A stretch of DNA of 64,000 bases. Source: Peptococcaceae bacterium (lineage in GTDB: Bacteria; Bacillota; Desulfitobacteriia; Desulfitobacteriales; Syntrophobotulaceae). Positions 54,518 to 64,000 of this stretch are shown here, in pieces. The notes below the pieces were generated by a model that had not been told where the DNA came from, did not search any database, and saw only the letters and a list, made by a program, of their open reading frames with translations. The position numbers and the translations under genes were made by a program. Within the stretch, counting starts at the first letter, position 1. Every line of letters starts with the position of its first letter. The stretch spans positions 5,641-69,640 of the forward strand of contig JAAYOJ010000144.1 of NCBI GenBank assembly GCA_012520405.1, read 5' to 3'.

Positions 54518-54829
54518 TCAATCCTTTCTCAAGAAAGCATTGCAGAAAAGGCAGTTAGATTCCATCTGTTCCCCAAAATAAATGTGGCAAACATGAAAGC
54601 CCTGTTCATATAGTTTTTCCAGATTTTCATGAGCTTCTTTTTGGATCTTAGAAGCATTTTTTTGAATCCTGTTAATATCCGCCTCCGATACGGCACAGAG
54701 CTGTCTTTTAAGATTAATATTTTCATCTTCCAAGTATTCAATATATTGCCTTAGACTTTTTACCTCATTTAAAAGCCGACTAAGATTCTCTTCCACTTCG
54801 GTTATAGCTTGGTGTAATTGACCCACCAT
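54518..54829 (-). CDS. yabA: DNA replication initiation control protein YabA
   Basis: N-terminal coiled coil plus a C-terminal zinc site (HVCHIYFG...CLFCNAF). TAATG overlap with ricT. Confidence 0.88.
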   Translation of the reverse strand: MVGQLHQAITEVEENLSRLLNEVKSLRQYIEYLEDENINLKRQLCAVSEADINRIQKNASKIQKEAHENLEKLYEQGFHVCHIYFGEQMESNCLFCNAFLRKD

Positions 54830-55596
54830 TATTCCTCCGCTTCTTCAGCAACAAGTCTGAGTAACTCTTCCTTACTCTCTTCATCATAGACCTCAGAAAA
54901 GATTTCTTGTTCTGCTTTTTGATCCTTATCGCAGTTTTGACACTCATAGCAGCCATTTTCATACTTCAAGCAGCACATCAAGCGGCCGCAAATTCCGGAT
55001 ATCTTAGCGGGATTAAGAGATAGGTTTTGGTCCTTGGCCATACGAATAGAAACCGGCTCAAAATCTCCTAAAAAAGATGCACAACAAAGTTCCCTGCCGC
55101 AAGATCCGAGTCCGCCTATCATTTTGGCCTCATCTCTTACCCCTATTTGCCTAAGTTCAATCCGGGTTCGAAATACTGCAGCCAAGTCCTTGACTAATTC
55201 TCTAAAATCCACACGCCCCTCAGCTGTGAAAGAAAAAATAATCTTGTTGCTGTCAAATGTATATTCCACATCGATTAGTTTCATGGGCAGCTCATGGGAC
55301 GAGATTTTTTGCAAGCAAATGTCAAAAGCTTCTTTTTCTTTATGCTTATTTTTTCTATAAATTTCCTCATCTTCCGGCGTGGCTTTACGTAAAACCTCTT
55401 TCAAAGGTGCAACTATTTCATCAGGAGGAATTTCTCTTAAAGGAAGTATGACCTTACCGTACTCCATTCCTCTGGCAGTTTCGACAATAACATGGTCGTT
55501 AGGCTTTAAGTCCAAACCCCCGGGGAGGAAAAAGTATATTTTGCCTGCTTTTTTAAATCGTATTCCAACCACTTTAGCCAATTCTGTTTCCTCCAT
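54829..55596 (-). CDS. ricT: PSP1-domain protein (stage 0 sporulation protein YaaT/RicT)
   Basis: PSP1 domain with the Cys cluster GSCGRELCC...GICGRLMCCLKYE. Confidence 0.9.
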   Translation of the reverse strand: MEETELAKVVGIRFKKAGKIYFFLPGGLDLKPNDHVIVETARGMEYGKVILPLREIPPDEIVAPLKEVLRKATPEDEEIYRKNKHKEKEAFDICLQKISSHELPMKLIDVEYTFDSNKIIFSFTAEGRVDFRELVKDLAAVFRTRIELRQIGVRDEAKMIGGLGSCGRELCCASFLGDFEPVSIRMAKDQNLSLNPAKISGICGRLMCCLKYENGCYECQNCDKDQKAEQEIFSEVYDEESKEELLRLVAEEAEE

Positions 55597-56428
55597 AACT
55601 TATATGTTTAAGAGCCAATACTTCTAAAGCTAATCTATTATTCACCTGCTTTTTAAGTAATTCTGAGGTCTCTCCTATCTCTGAAAGAAATATGGGAGAT
55701 AACATCCCTTTGCAAATCATATCTTTAACAGTAACAGCTAAAGCTTGAATAAAAGTCAAATAGTCTTCTTTCTCCAAAGCAGGGAATAGGGCAAAAACTT
55801 TTAAAAAATCTCCCGTTTGAATAATATCCAAATAATTTTGAAGCAAATCCTTCATCTTTTCTACACCGTATTCCTGAATTTTACGAGCCAGATCAGGATC
55901 CCCTCCGCTTAACAAAAAGGCTTCGGCTTCATCTTCATCTTCCCATTCCGTTAGTTTAGGAGAAGGAAGATATATAGCTTGAGCCCTGCTTTGAAGAGTC
56001 GGAATTATGGCCTCTATATTGCCACAGCTGAGAATTATTATGGTTTGAGCAGGGGGTTCTTCAGTAATTTTTAACAGGGCATTGGCAGCCGCCGGAGTAA
56101 GCTTATCAGCTTCATCAATCAGACATATCCTATATTTACCCTCATAGATTTTGCGATAAATCTTCTCCTGCAAAGCCAGTATTTGTTCTATACCAATGCT
56201 GGTTTTAAAGGGTTGAAGACAATGAATATCGGGATGGCTGCCTGAATTAATTTTTTTACAAGCGGGACACTCCCCACACGGTTTTAGGTCCTCTATACAG
56301 TTTAACATGGCAGCCAGTTCAAGAACAGTATTAAATCTTTCCTTCGCCCCACTCCCATATAGAAGTAATAAATGGGCCAGTTTATTTTCCTGAACTGCTT
56401 TTTTCAAGAGTTCGAAACTTGTACTCAT
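55574..56428 (-). CDS. holB: DNA polymerase III delta' subunit
   Basis: HLLLLYG, the zinc module CGECPACKKINSGSHPD, and DEADKLTPAAANALLKITEEPP. Confidence 0.9.
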   Translation of the reverse strand: MSTSFELLKKAVQENKLAHLLLLYGSGAKERFNTVLELAAMLNCIEDLKPCGECPACKKINSGSHPDIHCLQPFKTSIGIEQILALQEKIYRKIYEGKYRICLIDEADKLTPAAANALLKITEEPPAQTIIILSCGNIEAIIPTLQSRAQAIYLPSPKLTEWEDEDEAEAFLLSGGDPDLARKIQEYGVEKMKDLLQNYLDIIQTGDFLKVFALFPALEKEDYLTFIQALAVTVKDMICKGMLSPIFLSEIGETSELLKKQVNNRLALEVLALKHISYGGNRIG

Positions 56429-56436
56429 TTTCTTCC

Positions 56437-57870
56437 TCAAACATCAATAATCAGTATTTCCTTTTGTTTAAACCCTTGCCAACCCTGCCAACGGTATGCT
56501 TCTGCTTGCTCTAAAAATGATAAGACATAAGGGGTAATCTCTTCCCCCGCTGCGATCAAAGGTATTCCCGGCGGATAAACGGAAATCGTTTCTCCGGCGA
56601 TAAGACCCAGACTGTCTTTTAATTTTACCGTTCTTTTTGCTGCCAACCAGGCTTCTCGCGGCGTAAGTCTTACCGGAGGAAGTTGCCTGGCATCCGTTAG
56701 GAACTGTACGGGAGCCTGGTTGTTTAGGCTCTTGCAGCTGATATGGGGAATACTATACTGTTTAGCGAGAGCTTTCAGGGCTTCTCTTAAAACCCGTACA
56801 TCTTCGGGCTTGCTGCCTATCCCAAGCATAAACAATACGTTATTGTCATCCCATAATTCAGGTTCAATAAGAAAGGATGTTCTTAGTAATTTAACAAAAT
56901 CATCAACTTCTATCTCCAATGTTGAAATATTAACTAAAATTTTTGTCCAGTCTAGGCCGGTTATGCTATACTGCCCCACATCTTCCGCTGTCAAAATCCG
57001 CAAGGTCCCGTTAAGCTCTTTATGCAGAAGCATTACTTCTTCATAGAGGTCATCCCAGTAAAAGTCTCGCCAACTACTCATGGCTTTTTCCAAAGACACC
57101 ATTAATAAATAACTTGGACTGGAGGTCTGTAATAGTTCCAAGGATTGTTTAAGTGCTGTTCTATTAACCCTCGGCCCTTGAACATGGATCATAGCTGCCT
57201 GGGTAAGTGCCGCCAGCGTTTTATGGGTACTATGAACAACTAAGTCCGCTCCCTGAGTTACAGCACCTTCAGGAAAAAAAGACCCTCTAAAATGGGCACC
57301 GTGGGCCTGGTCTACCAATATGGGAAGGGCAGGGCTGTTTTTATCTCTCCATTTAATTAGAGAAGCTAAATCAACCAATGTGCCGTAGTAACTAGGGCTT
57401 GTGACATGGCAGGCAATTTGGTCATCACTGTTTTGGCAAAAACCCGCAACATCCAGGCCCAAAGGAAGTTTAAAATCCGGATGAATTTCCGGGGCTATAT
57501 ATTCAGGTTTCAGACCGGAAAGGATAAGTCCAGCCACAACCGAACGGTGAGCTCTGCGGTCTATGAGTATCTTTTTCCCTCGACAGTTAGCGGACGCCAA
57601 GCATAAAAACATAGCTTGATTACCTACTGTGGCTCCGTTTACCAAAAAAAAACTTTCCTCTGCCCCGTAAATATCCGCCGCTAGCTGTTGGGCATGAGCG
57701 ATAACGCCCTGGGGAGTATGGAGCATATCTAGTTCCGGGAGCTCAGTTAAATCATATTCCGGAAAAGCCAGAGGAGACAAAAGGTCACCTCTTCCCTTAT
57801 GTCCGGGGGTATGAAAAGAGCGCATCCCTAGTTTTGAATAAATAGCTAATTTTTTACTCAGCGCATCCAC
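56437..57870 (-). CDS. PLP-dependent Orn/Lys/Arg decarboxylase family protein (YaaO-like)
   Basis: FHTPGHKG and HSTHKTL (PLP lysine). 477 aa. GTG start after GGAGGAG. Confidence 0.85.
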   Translation of the reverse strand: MDALSKKLAIYSKLGMRSFHTPGHKGRGDLLSPLAFPEYDLTELPELDMLHTPQGVIAHAQQLAADIYGAEESFFLVNGATVGNQAMFLCLASANCRGKKILIDRRAHRSVVAGLILSGLKPEYIAPEIHPDFKLPLGLDVAGFCQNSDDQIACHVTSPSYYGTLVDLASLIKWRDKNSPALPILVDQAHGAHFRGSFFPEGAVTQGADLVVHSTHKTLAALTQAAMIHVQGPRVNRTALKQSLELLQTSSPSYLLMVSLEKAMSSWRDFYWDDLYEEVMLLHKELNGTLRILTAEDVGQYSITGLDWTKILVNISTLEIEVDDFVKLLRTSFLIEPELWDDNNVLFMLGIGSKPEDVRVLREALKALAKQYSIPHISCKSLNNQAPVQFLTDARQLPPVRLTPREAWLAAKRTVKLKDSLGLIAGETISVYPPGIPLIAAGEEITPYVLSFLEQAEAYRWQGWQGFKQKEILIIDV

Positions 57871-57982
57871 TTGCTCCTCCAGAGATATATTAATTTATTT
57901 TACCATATTTTCAATTCTTTTTCACTTTCTTAGGTCTATGGGCTAGGATCAAGTAAAATAAGTGTATTCTTTTCATATGAAA

Positions 57983-58168
57983 TTAACAGTAAATTATTCT
58001 TTTTATGTTTTGAACATTAACCTGATATTGTGGGTCTTGGGCCTTAGTCTGTAAAATTTGTTTCTCACATTGAGAACAGATAAATTTTTTTCCTAAACGA
58101 AGCCCATCATATAAACCAAAATAGGGGATTAGTCCGCAGATTTCGCATTTAGGGAACACATTATGCAT
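57983..58168 (-). CDS. csfB: anti-sigma-G factor Gin (CsfB)
   Basis: 61 aa with CEIC...FICSQCEKQILQTKAQDPQY, the Gin family Cys4 pattern. RBS GGAAGGA. Confidence 0.75.
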   Translation of the reverse strand: MHNVFPKCEICGLIPYFGLYDGLRLGKKFICSQCEKQILQTKAQDPQYQVNVQNIKRIIYC

Positions 58169-58306
58169 TTAGGCATCCTTCCTTAATTAAATTCGTTAAT
58201 TCCCGTAACTTCCGTATTATATTTCACAATCTTATCCTCCGAGCATCAGCCTCTTTCTAACATAGTATATTCTTGCCAGAAAGGAGGGCTAATAGTAATT
58301 CTCACC

Positions 58307-58369
58307 AAAAAGAAAAGAATCGCCCTTAAGCTTTCTACCAGTGTTAACGGTAGGGTCTATGGGCGATCC
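58307..58369 (-). terminator. terminator downstream of nifJ with a nested inner hairpin
   Basis: On the minus strand, a 9-bp outer stem GGATCGCCC/GGGCGATTC and an inner CTACC/GGTAG hairpin, followed by UUUUCUUUUU. Confidence 0.6.
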
Positions 58370-58401
58370 TTAGTCTCAAAATACTATTCTAGATATACTT
58401 T

Positions 58402-61938
<3,537 letters not shown>

Positions 61939-61999
61939 TTAGTGTCTCCTCCTATTAAATTCTTGACCGATAATTGCATATTATCAATTATATCTATAA

Positions 62000-62018
62000 G
62001 CATTTTTTCAAAAAATGC
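62000..62018. promoter_or_regulatory. 19-nt perfect palindrome in the nifJ promoter region
   Basis: GCATTTTTT-c-AAAAAATGC, about 65-80 nt upstream of the nifJ ATG and overlapping candidate -35 positions. Confidence 0.35.
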
Positions 62019-62043
62019 CTATTTTCACTAAAAAATAATTTTA

Positions 62044-62098
62044 CCCTTAATTAATATTAAACCCTAAGGGAAAATATTTTAGCCCTTAAGGAAAATAT
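62044..62098. repeat. three tandem imperfect direct repeats (CCCTTAAGGAAAATAT-like) upstream of nifJ
   Basis: The copies are CCCTTAATTAATATT (62044), CCCTAAGGGAAAATATT (62062) and CCCTTAAGGAAAATAT (62083), spaced 18 and 21 bp apart. Confidence 0.5.
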
Positions 62099-62237
62099 CT
62101 GAAGAGAATATAACCCAAGGAACTATATACCATAGTTCTCTAGTATAAAATCATAACCTTTTTTTTCTTCGCTTTCAAGTATTATGAAATATTACACAGT
62201 ATACATTAATTGATATAATACTTATAAAGACATCAGA

Positions 62238-62492
62238 TCAGATCCCAAATAACTGTAATATGGTCAGAACAATTACCCCTGGGAAACCCAGCAAAGCAAC
62301 TGTACCGATAGTAAAGACATTTATAGGTATTTCTAGACCAAAGACACTTAAAAATAAATCCACGATCCATAAACCAACAATGCCGCCTAAAATATGAATA
62401 GCAAGCTTGATAAATTTATGCGGTTTTTTCAAGGAAGCAACTACAATCAGAGCTAGTAAAAGAATAGATAATCCTGCAAAGATAATCGTCAT
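62238..62492 (-). CDS. bofA: pro-sigma-K processing inhibitor BofA
   Basis: 84-aa two-TM protein ending in the NxFTxGxxxxLGxPG-type motif. Conserved position near recR. Confidence 0.85.
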   Translation of the reverse strand: MTIIFAGLSILLLALIVVASLKKPHKFIKLAIHILGGIVGLWIVDLFLSVFGLEIPINVFTIGTVALLGFPGVIVLTILQLFGI

Positions 62493-62661
62493 AGTAATTC
62501 CCCCTAAGACAATCTATTGCATCCTATGCAGCAAAAAGAAGGGAAAGAACCATGAGATTCAAAGTAAAAAACCATAGTTCCAAGGCACCCTTATACCCTT
62601 TCCCTATGGCTTCCTAGTAGCATTTTATTTACTTCCTAAATATACATCTTATTCCAGAATA

Positions 62662-63258
62662 CTAGAGGGGGCGCCTACCTTCCAAAGCACGAGCTATAGT
62701 AACCTCATCGGCGTACTCCAAATCACCGCCAATTGGCAGCCCATGAGCTATCCTTGTAACCTTAATATTTAAAGGTTTTAATAATTTAGAAATATATAGA
62801 GCAGTGGCTTCTCCCTCTACAGTAGGATTTACAGCCAAAATAACCTCTTCAACCTTTTCCAAACGCCCAAATAGACTGGAAAGGTTCAATTGCTCCGGCC
62901 CAACCCCTTCCATAGGCGATAAAACGCCATGCAAAACATGATACAAGCCTTTGTATTCCCCGGTTTTTTCCAAAGCCACTACATCACGAGGCTGTTCTAC
63001 GATACAAAGCAAGGAATGTACCCTACGTTCGCTGTCACAAATTTTGCAAGGATCAGAGTCGGTATAATTGCCACAAACCGAGCATTGTTTTATGTTCTGT
63101 AAAGCATCGCCTATAGCTTTTTCCAGTTGAGTAGCATCTTCAGCATGCTGAAGAAGAAAAAAGGCTAAGCGACTTGCTGTTTTAGGACCTATGCCCGGCA
63201 ACCGGGAAAAAGCGATAATCAGATCTGCTAGGGGCTGGGGGTAATACAGAAAATCCAT
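62662..63258 (-). CDS. recR: recombination protein RecR
   Basis: LPGIGPKTASRLAF helix-hairpin-helix, a C4 zinc finger (CSVCGNYTDSDPCKIC), and a Toprim domain. Confidence 0.97.
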   Translation of the reverse strand: MDFLYYPQPLADLIIAFSRLPGIGPKTASRLAFFLLQHAEDATQLEKAIGDALQNIKQCSVCGNYTDSDPCKICDSERRVHSLLCIVEQPRDVVALEKTGEYKGLYHVLHGVLSPMEGVGPEQLNLSSLFGRLEKVEEVILAVNPTVEGEATALYISKLLKPLNIKVTRIAHGLPIGGDLEYADEVTIARALEGRRPL

Positions 63259-63287
63259 ACGCTATTCCTTAAGCCTTCCCTAAAGTC

Positions 63288-63623
63288 TTAGAATAAACCG
63301 GGAATATTAAATCCACCCGTTGCTTTTCCCATCTCTTCCTGAACCATATTCTGGGCGCTTCTTAACCCCTCATTTACCGCTGCCTTGATTAAATCCTCCA
63401 GCATCTCGGAGTCATCAGGATCTATGACCTCAGGCTTAATCTTTATCTCGAGAAGTTCCAGTTTACCGCTGACTGTAACCTCAACCATGCCGCCGCCTGC
63501 AGAAGCCTGAACACTTTTTTGTTCAACTTCTTCCTTGGCTTTTAGCATGTTTTCCTGCATTTTTTGCGCTTGTTTAAGCATTTGGTTCATATTGCCCATA
63601 CCACCCGGTGGTTTAAATGCCAT
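63288..63623 (-). CDS. ybaB: nucleoid-associated protein YbaB/EbfC
   Basis: [14 protein letters not shown]...[17 protein letters not shown] 63623 follows AAAGGAG. Confidence 0.93.
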   Translation of the reverse strand: MAFKPPGGMGNMNQMLKQAQKMQENMLKAKEEVEQKSVQASAGGGMVEVTVSGKLELLEIKIKPEVIDPDDSEMLEDLIKAAVNEGLRSAQNMVQEEMGKATGGFNIPGLF

Positions 63624-63659
63624 TGTTAACACTCCTTTTAAAATGTAGTTAGTATTATT

Positions 63660-64000
63660 CTAATTGTCTTTCTTAACCTGTACAAGCTCCGGCCCGAAAA
63701 AATCCACGGCTTTACTGATACATAAGTCTTCTTGGTTTGAGGGTTTATCCATGACTATATTCTGAAAGTCACTCTCCATAACACTGTTTAATTGAAGTTT
63801 ACAACCTAAAAGACGCTGCAGTATAATTTCTACAACTTGTTTATTTTCCGGTTGATCAAACTTTTCTTTATGGAAAGAGTATCCTTCTTTAAAAATCAAG
63901 TATAAAATATCTCCCTCGACTGCAGTCGGTTTACCCTCCAGCAAAAAAGCATGAGTTGATTTCTTTTTTTTCTTTACTTCCTCCAAAATTTGAGGCCATT
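63660..64000 (-). CDS. dnaX: DNA polymerase III tau/gamma subunit, C-terminal end (5' part beyond the window)
   Basis: The frame is open to the window edge. Conserved position upstream of ybaB-recR. The C-terminal domain sequence itself is not diagnostic. Confidence 0.7.
   Translation of the reverse strand, partial: WPQILEEVKKKKKSTHAFLLEGKPTAVEGDILYLIFKEGYSFHKEKFDQPENKQVVEIILQRLLGCKLQLNSVMESDFQNIVMDKPSNQEDLCISKAVDFFGPELVQVKKDN

Noticed and set aside
54529-54962. Overlapping minus-strand ORFs (70 aa and 60 aa) in alternative frames of yabA/ricT.
   Set aside because: They lie fully inside well-supported genes, have lysine/arginine-rich junk composition, and lack an RBS.
62044-62098. Possibility that the tandem repeats upstream of nifJ are a degenerate CRISPR or minisatellite.
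   Set aside because: There are only three imperfect copies of about 16 nt, with no spacers of CRISPR size and no cas genes. Their position in a promoter fits operator sites better.
62493-62661. Expected yaaL-like small gene between recR and bofA; a 22-codon ORF (MVFYFESHGSFPSFCCIGCNRLS) is present.
   Set aside because: It has no RBS and is far shorter than YaaL (DUF2508), with no resemblance to it. I treat the gap as a non-coding bofA promoter region.

Overview
This is a 64-kb chromosomal window from an AT-rich, endospore-forming, anaerobic Firmicute. Gene content is Clostridia-type, but the species cannot be assigned from sequence alone. All protein calls rest on motif recognition and hand translation; no database search was possible.

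I can support about 66 protein-coding genes, 54 on the minus strand and 12 on the plus strand. I see no rRNA, tRNA, CRISPR array, transposase or integrase.

Read right to left, the minus-strand backbone follows the origin-proximal gene order I remember from Bacillus subtilis:
- dnaX-ybaB-recR-bofA ... csfB-yaaO-holB-ricT-yabA-rsmI / abrB / metG-tatD
- rnmV-rsmA-yabG ... ispE-purR-spoVG-glmU-prs ... pth-fin-mfd-spoVT
- mazG-rqcP-yabP-yabQ-divIC-spoIIE-tilS-ftsH ... folP-folB-folK, then panCD and nadAB

So this is core chromosome, dense in sporulation regulators. The material worth a second look sits where that order is broken:
1. A ~13.5-kb insertion between rnmV and tatD (36.7-50.1 kb). It carries an AlbA_2/Schlafen-like gene joined to the rnmV-rsmA operon, a double-Walker-A ATPase of unknown function, a five-gene operon (secreted protein, ABC-2 exporter, two-component system), a solitary Phd/YefM-type antitoxin, iorAB, pcm, glpK and an M48 peptidase.
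2. cphB-cphA (cyanophycin) between yabG and ispE.
3. A 75-aa sigma-region-4/LuxR-type HTH gene translationally coupled to divIC.
4. A yabQ whose conserved N-terminus has no canonical start codon.
5. A 58-aa Fin (anti-sigma-F) gene that the ORF track missed.

Several promoters can be read directly: Spo0A boxes at spoIIE and abrB, a sigma-H-type promoter at spoVG, and a sigma-F-type promoter at fin.

No single locus can be proven to be a new system from sequence alone. The AlbA_2 plus ATPase pair and the secreted-protein/ABC/TCS operon are the best candidates.
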